Shown piece after piece: positions 26,525 through 39,649 of a DNA stretch of 64,000 nt. Origin of the DNA: Felis catus (lineage: Eukaryota); assembly GCF_018350175.1 (NCBI RefSeq), contig NC_058368.1, positions 93,560,001 to 93,624,000 on the forward strand, in the 5' to 3' direction. The stretch's first letter is position 1; every line of letters begins with the position of its first letter. A program made the position numbers and the translations under genes. The notes under the pieces are model-generated. The model was not told where the DNA came from. It made no database searches and worked only from the letters and a program-made list of their open reading frames with translations.

Positions 26525-26750
26525 GGAGTGGCTAACAGCATGATCTCCACAGACAGACAGAACTAGGCTCTACTTCTGCCCCTCCCTAATGGTGGGACTA
26601 AAGACTCGGGTTCCTCTTTAGATAAATTGGGCTGTTATTTACTTCACAATACTGTTAAGGCACACAAGATGTAATGCATGTGAAGGGCCTAGCCCAGTGT
26701 CTGGGACTTAGTACATTCTCAATAAAACTAGCAATAATTATTGTTATTTT
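26525..26750 (+). mobile_element. MIR
   Basis: atgtaatgcatgtgaagggcctagcccagtgtctgggacttagtacattctcaataaa is a MIR 3' end. Confidence 0.75.
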
Positions 26751-26954
26751 GACAATAAATTGATTATAAGACTTCCTATTTAGATGTTATAAACCTCGAT
26801 GTTGTCATGAAAATTACAAAGTTGGTTAACAAGATCAGGTGTAGTACGAATTTCCAGGAAAATCTCAATTTCTGCTATCTTATCCTGTGGTCATACATCC
26901 CAAGTGTTGGTTTTTAGTAACTAGGGTATTCACTGATAGATAACACAGGTTATT

Positions 26955-27302
26955 AGGAAGGAAGGAAGGGAGGGAGGGAGGGAGGGAGGGAGGGAGGGAA
27001 GGAAAGAAGGAAGGGAGAGAAGAAGGAAGGAAGGAAGGAAGGAAGGAAGGAAGGAAGGAAGGAAGGGAGAGAAGGAAAGAAGGAAAGAAGGAAGGGAGAG
27101 AAGAAGGGAGGAAGGGAGGAAGGGAGGAAGGAAGGAAGGAAGGGAGAGAAGAAGGAAGGAAGGAAGGGAGAGAAGAAGGAAGGAAGGAAGGGAGAGAAGA
27201 AGGAAGGAAGGAAGGAAGGAAGGAAGGAAGGAAGGAAGGAAGGAAGGAAGGGAGGAAGGGAGGAAGGAAGGGAGGAAGGAAAGGGAGGGGAGGAGAGGGG
27301 GA
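26955..27302 (+). repeat. Complex (GGAA/GGGA)n polypurine tract of ~350 bp
   Basis: Directly visible; recurring higher-order unit gggagagaagaaggaaggaaggaa. Confidence 0.98.
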
Positions 27303-27484
27303 AACTAGGAGAATACAGGATGCACTGAACGCAGTAGTAGCCACAAAGATGCTTAACCATAACTTGCATAATAGACAAGCATATTTGAAGATTTAATGAA
27401 AAAAGAAATTAAAAATGATTTCATAAATACAGCTTGCCACTGAGGTCCTGGTGGCAAAGAGAGCCATAAAACAGACGTTTATTG

Positions 27485-28702
27485 AGGCACCTGGCTGGCT
27501 CAGTTCATAGAGCATGTGATCTCCAGGTAGTGAGTTCGAGCCCCATGCTGGGCATAGAGTTTACTTTAAAACTTTTTTTTTTTAACTTGACAAAAGATGT
27601 TTAGGGATAGAAAACTTAAGAACCATCCTTTCATTCAGATCAAGTTCCTCTATGACTTCAGGGGACTAGACAGCAAAGCTAGGTAGGTGGCTACCTCAGA
27701 ATGTTCTGGCCTATCTGAAATTTGCCATCTGAGTTTTTGATCCAAAGAACAAAACAAATGCCAGTCTCATAAATCCTCTTCAAGCTCCTCTTACATCAAA
27801 TCAGCAATTGCCTTCTTTTCAGACCGTAAATAGACAGTGACATTTTCACAGAGCTGTTTCAATAAAACCACATTGTAAAAGCAAATCGGAGGGGCGCCTG
27901 GTTTGGTTGAACGTCCAACTTCGGCTCAGGTCATGATCTAACAGTTTGTGAATTCAAGCCCCGCATCAGGCTCTCTGCTGTCTTCAAGCCTGCTTGGGAT
28001 CCTCTGTCTGTCCCCCTCTCTCTGCCCCTCCTCTGCTCATACACTCTTTCAAAAGTAAATAAAACTGTTTAATGAATGAACGGATAAATGCAAGCAAATT
28101 ATTAATGTAAAAATGTATTCTAGCAGAGGGTGAACTTTGCACAAATAGAGAACATTCTAGAATGGAATGGTGGTTTGCACAGTGACTTATCAGGGAGACC
28201 TGGGTTCACCTCCTATGCTTTCATCCTTATGGCTCCTTATGATCAAACCACACACCTTCGTTGTCTGGATTCAACAGGACCCTGCAGCTGTGGGGTGGAG
28301 TTGACCTCTGTGGGGTGTAACTGATGGGCACAGGGGGTGGAAGTCTTCACCTCCAGCTCACTTCCAACTCATTTGTGCCTTCCTGTCATCATCAGCAGAG
28401 CCTTGGCACAAGATTTGGAAATAGAAGTCCACAGGTGCCCCCAAATATATAAGCTTATAGGTTGACCATTATTATCAGCTTTTTTTTCCTGTTTTTAAAA
28501 TGTTTATTTATTTATTTTGAGAGACAGGAGTGGGGGCAAGTGTGGGGAGGAGCAGAGAAAGAGGGAGAGAGACAATCCCAAGCAGACTCCACTCTGTCAG
28601 CACAGAGCCCGATGCAGATCTCGAACCCACAAACCATGAGATCATGACCTGAGCCGAAAACAAGAGTCGAACACTTAACCAACTGAGCCATCCAGGTGCC
28701 CC
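27485..28702. mobile_element. Can-SINEs 27485-27585(+, short), 27891-28070(+), 28483-28702(-)
   Basis: Last copy has TSD ttattatcagcttt. Confidence 0.85.
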
Positions 28703-29006
28703 TGTTATTATCAGCTTTCCAATAAAGAGCACAAGTTGGAGTACAAGAAAATTAAAATGTGAGATTTCAAAACCAGAAAGTCCCTACCCCACGTCCATGA
28801 GTTAAGAGCTGCCTGTGACGCTCAGCACACTTGCACACAGAAGAAATTCCATCCACTGAGGTATCCAAATCTTTCCACAGCTTAGGCTGGTGTGGGGTCT
28901 CAGGGGTGATGCTGTTTACCCCAAAAGAGAGGAAGTGGAAGGAAAGCCTGGAGGGAGGAAGGGAGTATTGTCCCTGTTCCTGGTGTCTGCTCTCCACTAT
29001 GTGGCT

Positions 29007-29450
29007 TTATTATATTTATTTTAATTAAATCCAAGTTAGTTAACATGCAGTGTGGTCTTGGCTTCAGGAGTAGAGCCCAGGGACTCGCCTCTTACATACG
29101 ACACCCACTGCTCATCCCAAAAATTGCCCTCCTTGATGCCCATCACCCATCTAGCCCATCCCCCACCCACCTCCCTCCACCCACCCTCAGTCTGTTCCCT
29201 GTATTTAAGACTCTCTTATGGGTTGTCTCCCTCTCTGTTTGGATCTTATTTTTCCTTCTCTTCCCCAGTGATCATCTGTGTGTTTCTTAAATCCCACATC
29301 TGAGTGAAATCATAGGATATCTGTCTTTCTCTGACTAATTTCGCTTAGCATAATACCCTCCGGTTCCATCCACGTAGTTGCAAATGGCAAGACTTCATTC
29401 TTTTTGATCACCGAGTAATACTCCATTTTACCTATGTACCACATCTTCAT
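29007..29450 (-). mobile_element. Carnivore L1 3' end (3'UTR plus ORF2 terminus), 5'-truncated
   Basis: cttagcataataccctccggttccatccacgtagttgcaaatggcaagacttcattcttttt and cccacatctgagtgaaatcatagg are L1 hallmark motifs. Confidence 0.88.
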
Positions 29451-32400
29451 TGTATTTAAAAGTATACTTGCGAATGCTCTGGATATACTCCTTTTTCCTT
29501 CCTAAATGAGGCTACCTAGGCGTGGACCAGAAAACATTGTATCGTCACTACGTAATTAGAAATAAGACACAAATTAAGAGTGAACCAAGGGATGTAGCTC
29601 CATGTGAGCTCAACAGTGTTTTTACTGCCATCTTCAAGGCACAGAACTTCCCCACCCATCACACAGAAGTACCGTACTGCCTTCAGGAAGATGGAACTCA
29701 CCCTCCCGGGGCAGGACAGGTGCACTGAGCACTGTTTTCCCAGATTTCTTCCCCTTAGTGACCAAATATTTTATTTATGACATGCCTTTTATTTTTTCCT
29801 TGGCATTATGCGTTCATAAATGACTCATTATGCCACAAGATGCCGTTTACAAAGCACCTCTTCGATTCCAGAGGCAGGAAGAAGAATTTTGCACCTGACG
29901 TGGACAACACCCCTTGACTATTATCAACACATCTGGAAGAGGACAAGTCAAAGGCTCAGGGAAGGTGTGTAACATGTCCCGACTCACGGTGCAAGGAGCT
30001 GTCGGAGCTGAATTCGAACCCATCGCTCCCTCACCCCAGTACATAACTTCTTAGAGTCTCACTCCACACGCCTGGCAAGAGGCTGACTGGCAGGCCCAGG
30101 GTTCACAGGTGCCAAGGACACCCCCAGACACAGTCACTCCTGTGCAGTCATGGACAGTTTGTGAGCCCACACCGCCACATTCCCCTCTGCCATCCTTGAC
30201 AGAGGCCCAGCTTTGACTTGGTGAACCGATTCCACTCTCTGCCTCCGGCCCCAATCCTGGTCTGCTTTATCCCAAAGCCTTGCCTCTAACCTGAGTTTCA
30301 TCGACTCCTCCGAGGACCTTTGTCGGTTACACCGTCATCCCTTGACCTGGATGCCAGCAAGGATCAGAAAGTGGAAGCTAATGGGGTTTTCATATTAAAG
30401 ATTGAGGCGAGTGTAGAGGGGAAGGGGGAGAGAGAAGAGAGGTGCAAACACACTCTAAAACACAGTGAAGACAAGATGACCCTCTGTCCAGCCTGAGGGG
30501 ATCCCTACTGGCAATCCTCCTTGCTGCCTTCAGGGAATTTCTTCGCAGCACCGCCCATCTGGGGAAAACCGGCCCTGCAAGATCAAACCAGCTGCTCACA
30601 ACACAGTTCTTGTTGGTTTTTGCCAGGCCTAGCATGCCACCTACTGGCAAGAAGCAGGAGCAAGAATCCAGGAGCAAGGACACAGGAAAAAGAGGGACTG
30701 AAACAAGACAGCTGTCCTCCACTAAACACCAGTGCCCTCGGACCTTCCAAAGCCTGGATCCACTGGACAAACAGGGCAAAGCTGAACAGTCAGAGGTGGT
30801 TCTCACCCACCCCCCCAGCTGCTGTCGATGTCTGTGTCTCCCTGAACAAACATTTGGAGCAAGTGAATGGTCTCTGGGGACCTCATCGGTGCCCAGGAGC
30901 AAATTTCCTTCCATTGAGAAACGGTGCATAAAAAGCAAAGCAGCAGAGAGCAGGGACAGGTTTGAAGTTCAAGGGGAGGCTTCTAAAGACGGGCCAGGAG
31001 GAGTTTCAGGATTCAGAGTCTACAGCAGACGGCATTAAGAATGCCTGATCCTGGGGCACCTGTTAAGCACCTACCTCTTGATTTAAGCCCAGGTCTTGAT
31101 CTCACAGTTCATGGCATCCAGCCCCATACGGGGCTCTGCACTATGTGGAGGCTGCTTGGGATTCTTTCTCTCCACCCTTCCCCAAATCACACACTCTCTC
31201 TCAAAATGAATAAACAAACATTAAAAAAAAATGCATGAGTCCACAGTGGTGGGGCAGTCTCCACTGTCCCCGGGTTCATCCCAGGAACATGAACTTGCGA
31301 GCCCCAACTCGAAAGCATGCCAATACTATGGCAGAGCCCACACTATATCCTAACTTTGATCTTCAAACGGGAAGATTTTCTAAAACATGAAAATAACCTT
31401 ACCCAAGTGGTATAAAATAATAAGTTTCTAAATCTATCAAACACATCAAAAACATATCATGCAAATCAGATTTCAGTGTGTTCTCACCATCACACCCACA
31501 CCCTCGAGACATCATGAACATCATATGAACAGTGGGTCCTTCCAAAAATGAGTTTCTTTTTCAAGCTTTCATTCTGTACCCTAATTTTCTCCACATCTTG
31601 AGGAAAGAGAGTAAGAAAGACTGACTGACCCATCCTTCCCACTCCCCAGTGCTCCCACTTGTCACAAATTTGCAGAAATGCCCGATGGGTTTTAACTGAA
31701 TTTTAAATGTTGGGGCCTTTTCTCTATTTAAGGAGCATGTGAGTCTCAAGTGAGTTGTGACAGATTGACCACACATACACGCTTCCTTTCCCTCCCTACG
31801 CTCAACCAGAACCATAGAGATCAAATTAAAAGGCTATCATCCACAGGACAAAGAGAAAGGAAACAGTGACAGACAAGGGATATTAGCACCTGTGTGGATG
31901 ATCGAGGACCATAGATGTTACACGCACTGGCATTTCCACCTAACTGCCCAGAGATAGCCACGCTGTGGGAAGCACAGGAATTCACTCTGCAGAGCCCATG
32001 TGTCGAGAAGCATCTAGAATCAAAGGCAGGGGGATAGCAAAGACTAGAGACAAAGGGACAGGTTGCGAGCAGTTGGGAGCCAAGCCCACGGAGCCAGGGG
32101 ACTACAGTCCTCACCCAACCCTGGCTTCCCCACCCCGCCCACACTGCATACAGAGGGTTTGTCTCTAGAGAAATCAAGCCTTAGCATCTCAAAATTCTGG
32201 GACACCAAGTGGATCAGAAAGCCCTGATGGGGCTCTAGACACCCCCCCAAAAAAAATTAAATAAAAAACTTCAGAGTGACTCAGTCTTTCTCTTTCACCT
32301 GAACCCTGAATGCAAGGTTTTTACGTCACTATGAGCTCAAATGGTATAAACCCTAGTTATTGACTGAACCACAATGACATCACGATTATTACTGATTGAA

Positions 32401-32825
32401 CCAAAACTCAAAGAATCGCTGTAGGAAGGACTGAGAATAAAGGTGGTAGAGAGAAAAAAGCCAGAACTTCCACTAAAGTTATGGAAGTCTGTAGACAATG
32501 TTAACCTGATACATTTAAAAATGGCGGTACCCCTGAAACTAATATCACATTGTGTATTTTAATTCCAGTTAGTTAACAAAAACTTCAAAGGAAAACAAAA
32601 TAAGTAAATAAAAATAGCAGTACATGTGTGTCAACTCTACTTCAGTTTAAACAAATGTAAAAAGTAAAGTAAAATCAAAATAGCAGGAAAAACTCAGTAT
32701 TTGTAAATATGGAGATAATTATCAAAAGCAACTACGAAAAGAGAATGTAACTGCCTGTAGGTTGAGACAAGGAGATGGGGAAGGAATGGGAAACTGAGCT
32801 TTTTCTTTAGAACATTTGCGGTACT

Positions 32826-33066
32826 GGGTCGCCTGGGTGGCTCAGTCGGTGAAGTGCCTGACTCTTCATCTCAGCTCAGGTGGTGATCTCACGAGTGTGC
32901 ACAGGTAAGGGGCAGAAAGAGGGACAGAGAACCCCAGGGAGAGTCCACATGGTGAGCACAGAGCCCGACACTGAGCTCGATCTCCTGAACCGTATGATAA
33001 CCTGAGCCGAAGTTGCATACTTAACAGACTGAGCCACCCAGGAGCTCTTCAAAAAAAATAAACTTT

Positions 33067-33112
<46 letters not shown>
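32826..33112. mobile_element. Chimeric SINE: + head (32826-32893), inverted SINE body (32894-33045), + A tail and (AT)n
   Basis: Orientation switches are directly visible. Confidence 0.8.
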
Positions 33113-33114
<2 letters not shown>

Positions 33115-33224
33115 CTTATTGTACTCTATTATTCTTAAATTATGTGCACATGTTACTCTGATAAATACTTTTTAAATTAAAATAGACAAGGAGTTGGGGG
33201 GGATTTTAAAAAAATAAAATAGAT

Positions 33225-33620
33225 GAGGAGTTTCATTTTGGAAACATGAAAAATTTCTGGAGATGGACAGAGGTGACCATTGCCCAAGAGTGCAAATGTA
33301 CTTAATGCCACTGAACTGTACACTTAAAAATGGTTAAAAAAGATTAATTTTAGGGGTGCCTGGGTGGCTCAGTCAGTTAAGCGTCTGACTTCAGCTCAGG
33401 TCATGATCTTACAGTTCATGGGTTTGAGCCTCACATCAGGCTCTATGCTGACAGCTCAGAGCCTGGAGCCTGCTTTGGATTCTGTGACTCCCTGTCTCTC
33501 TGCCCCTCCCCTGCTTATGCTCTGTCTCTGTCTCTCAAAAAAAAAATAAACATTAAAAAAAAAAAGTTTTTAAAGATTAATTTTATATTCTAGATGTTTT
33601 ACCACAATAAAAAAAATTTT
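33225..33620 (+). mobile_element. Old L1M(B)-type 3' end interrupted by a Can-SINE at 33353-33570
   Basis: gtacttaatgccactgaactgtacacttaaaaatggttaaaa; the SINE has TSD aaagattaatttta. Confidence 0.8.
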
Positions 33621-33986
33621 AATTAAAATAGCATTTGTCCATTACATCAGGGAGGACTGAACGGTCAACCATTAGTTGCCATGGACCTTATGTGACAAGG
33701 CAAAGTGGTTTTCCTTCTATCAATAAACTCACAGGTTCTAGCTGGTTGGTCCAGGGCATCTGTTAATTTCACTCAAAAGTTGTCAAATGACAGGATATGT
33801 ACAGAACTGAAAATGAAGAACAGAATAAAGTTTGGCCTGGAAGAGTTTAGAGCAGAACAGAGACAAAAAGCATATCAAGAATTGGAATATAAGAATCTAA
33901 GGTGTAGTATGAGGACACCCCTGGATGGTGCCTTAGAGCAACGACCTCATGAGTGTTCGTCTGTCTGAATAAAAACAGGAAACAGA

Positions 33987-35590
33987 GGGGTACCAGGAGG
34001 CTCGGTCGGGTGAGCATTCGACTTTGGCTCAGGTCATGATCTCGCAGTTCATGGGTTCGAGCCCCGTGCTGGGCTCTGTGCTGACAGCTCAGAGCCTGGA
34101 GCCTGTTTCAGATTCTGTGTCTCCCTCTCTCTCTGCCCCTCCCCCGCTCATGCTCAGTCTCTCTCCGTCTCTCAAAAATGAATAAACATTAAATTTTTTT
34201 TTAACTAAAAAAAAAAAAACAGTAACAAAAACAAAAAACAGATAACCGCTCTAGTACTGGTGGCTGCAGAGTCTTATAGAAACTTAATTCTACCCAAAGC
34301 ACCAGGGCAAACTTTCCAGAGGAGACACCTTTTGAACGGTGGTTTACAGAGCATTCCAAGCAGAAGCCAGTGAATGGCCACACATGGGGGTCCAGGCAGT
34401 TCAAACACATCACAAGCCCTGGAAATGGGGAAGCTGAGGAGCCCGGGTCACTCAGTCGGTTAAATGCCCAACTTTGCCTCAGGTCATGATCTCACGGTTT
34501 TTGAGTTCAAGGCCCGAATCAGGCTCTCTGCTCTGCTGTCAGCACAGAGTCCACTTTGGATCCTCTGTCTCCCTTTCTCTCTGCCCTTGCCCCACTTGTG
34601 CTTTCTCTCTCTTAGAAATAAACAATTAAAAAAGATTTCTTTAAAGAAAGAAATGGGGAAGCTATCGCTCAAAGCTACAACAGCTTTACAATAAAGTCTT
34701 TGAAATAAAGTCGACGACAAATGATTTTCCAGAGCAAAAGGATGCGTGCTCTGACCCCATGCTACCCCCGAATCAACTTCTTACCCCGAAATTTTTGACT
34801 AAGGTCTAGTTTTAGGGGAAACCCCGGCTAAGACCAAAAAAAAAAAAATTCAAAGGAAATTCTGATACAGTCAACTAATTAGAATAATATGTGACCAATG
34901 AAAATAAGGATATGGGAATATGGAAAGACACCTGTATTACAATGTTAACTTGAAGACAACTGTTGATTCTGATCACAACTGCAAGCAAGTGAGAGTGTAT
35001 GTTTATAAAATATGATCATTGCTTTTCTGGGGCTGAGAGAATGTCGTTCAAGGAGGGGAAACAAGAGTGTCCAGGTGCCGAGGGCTGACATTTACCCCGG
35101 ATGTTTTATGTGCACAGTGTTGCTAATTTCTCAGCAATCACAAATCCCAAGTCAGTGACACGATCACTACCACCCTGCATGCTGCCAGGCTTTTTCCCCA
35201 AAGCCATTACAGGTGCCCAAGCCAAAGGAATGACCTCATGTGACCTCTGTCATTGGAAATTTCCTCTTCGTGACTGGGAGAAAACAGATGAGCATATGTC
35301 ATAGGCCAGACTATAACTGAAAAGGATGAAAAGATTTATTACATAAAAAATATAGGGACACCTGTGTGAGTCGGTCAGTTAAGCGGCCAACTTCAGTTCA
35401 GGTCATGATTTCACGGTTCGTGGATTCGAGCCCCACGTCGGGCTCTGTGCTGACACCTCGGAGCCTGGAGCCTGCTTCGGATTGTGTGTCTCCCTCTCTC
35501 TCTCTCTACCCCTCCCCTGCTCATGTTCTCTCCCTCTCTCCTTCAAAAATAAATAAATATTTTTTAAAAAGTAAAAATAATAATAATACA
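33987..35590 (+). mobile_element. Can-SINEs 33987-34220, 34437-34650, 35355-35590
   Basis: SINE motifs. Confidence 0.88.
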
Positions 35591-36094
35591 ATATTTGGGG
35601 GACAAAACATACCCTAAAAAGTCAAAAGCTAAACAATCAACTGGAAAAAAAAACCACTTGTAACATATACAGAAGGGTTAATATCCTTAATAAAAAACAG
35701 GAGACAGATGGTGATTAATCTTTATTCAAAAGCTTCACCAACATAGTTGCCCTGAAAGAGGTTGTCAGCTCTCAGCAGATACTTGGAACACTGTGCTGAT
35801 TGAAGAGAAAAACGTAAATGTTTTACTGGTTAAAAATCAGTCAGAATGTATCAGCAGCAGTGGCATAGCTAGAAATTGTGGAAAAATCCAGGAAAAGTGG
35901 GGGCTTATTTCCATGGTTTTACACTGAGCAAAATAAGGAAAAGGGAATGCCATGTTGGGGCTGAGGTCGCATATTTCAACTACAGGACAGTGTAAGACTC
36001 TGTGACCCAGGACTTCGCAAAGGTAACAAAATCCTGGCAAGCTATCTAGAGAAAACAAATTACAGGAAAATCATTCCATAAGAGCTTTACTTAT

Positions 36095-36519
36095 TTTTTT
36101 AAATTCTTTTCCTTTAGAGAGAGAGAGAACAGGGGAGAGGGACAGAGAGAGATAGAGAGAGGGAGAGAAAACCCAAGCACGTTCCATGCTCAGCACAGAG
36201 CCCCACGCGGGGCTCAGTCCCACCAACCGCGAGATCATGACTGAACCGAAATCAAGAGTTGGATGCTTAACCGACGGAGCCACCCAGAGCTTTATTTTTT
36301 TTTTAATTTTTTTTTTCAACGTTTATTTATTTTTGGGACAGAGAGAGACAGAACATGAACGGGGGAGGGGCAGAGAGAGAGGGAGACACAGAATCGGAAA
36401 CAGGCTCCAGGCTCTGAGCCATCAGCCCAGAGCCTGACACGGGGCTCGAACTCCCGGACCGCGAGATCGTGACCTGGCTGAAGTTGGACGCTTAACCGAC
36501 TGCGCCACCCAGGCGCCCC
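36095..36519 (-). mobile_element. Two tandem minus-strand SINEs; 36295-36519 is a young SINEC_Fc-type copy
   Basis: Near-identical to the copies at 57760-57984 and 60730-60965. Confidence 0.92.
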
Positions 36520-36664
36520 TATTTTTAATAAAGGTAATGTTTTGAAAACTCTGTAGGTTTGTTGGTTGGTTGGTTGTTTGGTTGGTTGGTTGGTTGGTTT
36601 TGACAAGCTTGGAAAGAATCACAAAATAAAATGGGAGATCATTTTTTCAATAAAAACAACACTG

Positions 36665-36805
36665 GTCACCGATGGTAACCAGACACATTGTGGCGACCAT
36701 TTTGTAATGGGTATAAATAGCAGGCCACTCTGTCATACACCTCAACCTAACACAAAACTGTATGGTAATGATTCTTCAGTTAACAAAATTAAAATTAAAT
36801 TTTCG
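36665..36805 (+). mobile_element. L1 3' end fragment
   Basis: atggtaaccagac...gcgaccattttgtaatg...tacacctcaacctaacacaaaactgtatg. Confidence 0.7.
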
Positions 36806-37404
36806 AAGTAGAAGTAAAAACAACAGAATGCACGATTTCACACAGAATGAAGGAAAGCAAGCTCTCGTACTTCTCAGAGACTGACAACCACACAGAAGCA
36901 GATTCCCAGTAAAGGCTGTCATTGGAGGGACCCTAGAAAGATTCCAGGGGTGATAATTTCCCTAGTTTCCTGCACTGAAATGGAACCTCTGAAATTTAAT
37001 TCGTTGAGATGCCCAAGGCCTTTGGTTTCTTGTGCCAAGAGCAGCAAGGCTATCAGTATAACCAGTGCTATCACCTTTCCCAACTTAGGGTCAAGCCCCA
37101 AGGGCAAGAAGATCGAGACCAGAGAAGGAGAGACTCACACAAGGGCAAATACACATTTCTAGCCATTCTAGTGGTGCCGGTAAGCATTCCTCTTGGGTAC
37201 CAACACTCACATCTGACAGGCATATAGCTGGGAAGAAAACTCTAGACTCCAGAGTAAGCTGATTGCTGAAGTAGGCCTTGCCGGCTGGGGTTAACGTCCC
37301 CCTGGGGAGACTTACCACCAACAGACACACGGGGTCTTAACAGACCTCCCCCTAGTCACCCTGTCAGCCTCTGGGGCCTCCCTAGAATTCTAGGACCACA
37401 CCCT

Positions 37405-37816
37405 TTTTAAAATATTTATTGATTTTTGAGACAGAGGGGGAGAGAGAGAGAGCATGAGTTGGGGAGGGGCAGAGACAGAGGGGGACAGAGGATTTGAAGA
37501 GGGCTTTGCTCTGATAGCAGAGAGCCTGATGTGGGGCTCAAAATCACCAACCATGACATCATGACCTGAGCCTAAGTCAGACGCTTAACTGACTGAACCA
37601 CAACCATTCCAGGTGCCCCAGGAATATACCTTTTTCTTAATATTTTAATTTTTTTAATGTTTATTTAGTGACAGACAGATCATAAGTGGGGGAAGGGCAA
37701 AAAGATAAGGAGACACAGAATCGCAGGCTCCAGCATCTGAGCTATCACCACAGAGCCTGATGCGGGGCTTGAACTTGTCAACCATAAAATCATGACCTGA
37801 GCCCCCCAGGTGCCCC
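37405..37816 (-). mobile_element. Two Can-SINEs
   Basis: SINE motifs. Confidence 0.88.
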
Positions 37817-38209
37817 AAAAATGAACATTCTTTAGCACCCACCATGGTGAGGCACTATGGAAGGAGACTTATGCGCATATAATCCTCAATTTACCTCCAG
37901 TTGGAATGTGGGTGTAACTGGCTCTGTTTCGTTAAAGAGGAAATGGGTGTTCTAAGGACTCAAACCCCTGTGCAAAGCCAGCGACTGGGCAGAGCAGGGC
38001 TAAGGAGAGGGGAAAGAGTGAGTGATTCCGGCAAGGGTGGCCAGGTAGGCCCTCTGCACAGTGCCCTACACAGCAAGGAGGGAGCCATCCGCACGGCTGG
38101 GGGAAGAGGGTGGAGGCAGAGGACCCACAATGGCCAAAGCTCTGAAGATTCCAGTCGTCATGTCCCAGGAGAAGCCGGGCCAGCAAGAAAGGTGATAAGC
38201 AAGGGGGCA

Positions 38210-38390
38210 GAGGACCAGCCCCGGGCCAGGCCACGTAGACCCACGGAGCCTGCCACACCATCACCCAGGGGGCATGTGAGGACCGCCCCTCTCCAGAGCT
38301 CTGCTTCAACCGGTGGGGTCTGAAAATGTACCTTTCTACCAAGTTCCAGCTGACACTGACGGCCCAGGAACCACACTTGGAGAACCACTG
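38210..38390 (+). mobile_element. MER5A-like hAT MITE
   Basis: ttctaccaagttccagctgacactga...ggaaccacacttggagaaccactg terminus. Confidence 0.6.
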
Positions 38391-38419
38391 ACATGTTGCC
38401 CTAAAAGTCATGATAAGAC

Positions 38420-39630
38420 TCAGAATTATGGTCTAAACACAGCAGGAAGCCAGCAGAGGCTTCTGAGCAAAGGATGAGAGAGAACTGTCTGTCAGGGACA
38501 AGGGAGGAACAGGGACCCAGCTGGGGAGCAGTGACAGATGCCCAGACATCAGTAGCAATGGTCTGGACCTAGGGTGGTTGGGGGGCGGTGGAAAGGGTCA
38601 GATCCGGAATATATTTTGAAGGTTGGCTTGACAGCACTTGGCAATGGACTGATGTGTAGGAGGAGCAAAAAGAGACATCCAACAATGACTCCTCAGTCAA
38701 TATGAGACCGACCTCCTGAGTAAACGGTGGAGGCACTCGCCAAAATGCGGAAGATAGGTTTGGGATTGTGTTTCATTTTATGCACATTTTTTTTTCTTAT
38801 ATATTTTTTTCATTTGCGTTGACACACAATGTTACATTACTTTCAGGTGTCTGACACAGTGATCCTATAAGATCTATACACTATGTTGTGCTCACCACCA
38901 GTTGTACCCACCTCTATCACCATACAACACAGCAATATCACGGACTATATATTCTCTATGTGCCTTTTATCCCTGTGGCTTACTCATTCCGTAACTGGAA
39001 GCCTCTATCTGTGAGTGTAGTCATTTTTTTGTGAGATGCTGATTAGATAGCCAAGCAAGATAGTGAGTAAGTCAACAACTTACGTGTCTAAGGCTCAGGC
39101 AGAGGTCCAAGCCAGGGGTGTGAATATGGGAGCCATCATTTTATAACCAGTACATACAAGGACGAGGCAGTACGTGATCACTCTCAAGAGTGAGTTTAAA
39201 CAAGAAGCTGCCCACGGGCGCCTGGGTGGCTCAGTCAGTTGAGCGTCCGACTTTGGCTCAGGTCATGATCTCATGGTTCCTGGGTTCGAGCCCCACATGT
39301 GGCTTTGCACTGACACCATCTGCTTTAGATTCTCAGTCTCCTTCTCTCTCTGTCCCTCCCCTGATTGTGTGCGTGCACGCACTCTCTCTCTCTCAAAAAT
39401 AAACATTGAAAAAAAAGTTTAAATGAGAAGAAGCACAAATACGAAAACCCTGTGGCACAGAGTAGACAAAAAAGGAAGAGTCTATGACAAAAGAAAAACC
39501 TAGGAGACTATGAACTCGTAGAAACCAAGAGAAAACCTATTTCCCTGAGAAGGGCGTGACCCAGTGCTGATGAGTAAAAGCAGGACTGATAAATGGCCCC
39601 TGGGTCTGACAATCTGCACAGTGAATAGTT
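38420..39630 (-). mobile_element. L2 fragments interrupted by an L1 3' end (38780-39010, -) and a SINE (39215-39420, +)
   Basis: L2 motif gatccggaatatattttgaaggt; L1 motif gacacacaatgttacattactttcaggtg. Confidence 0.65.
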
Positions 39631-39649
39631 ACGCAGCAGAAAAGAAATG

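Noticed and set aside
26880..27378. PSFL-repeat ORFs of 141-154 aa
   Set aside because: Translations of the GGAA tract.
30390..31038. Overlapping 136-182 aa ORFs on both strands
   Set aside because: No recognisable domain or exon structure; consistent with chance ORFs in GC-richer sequence.
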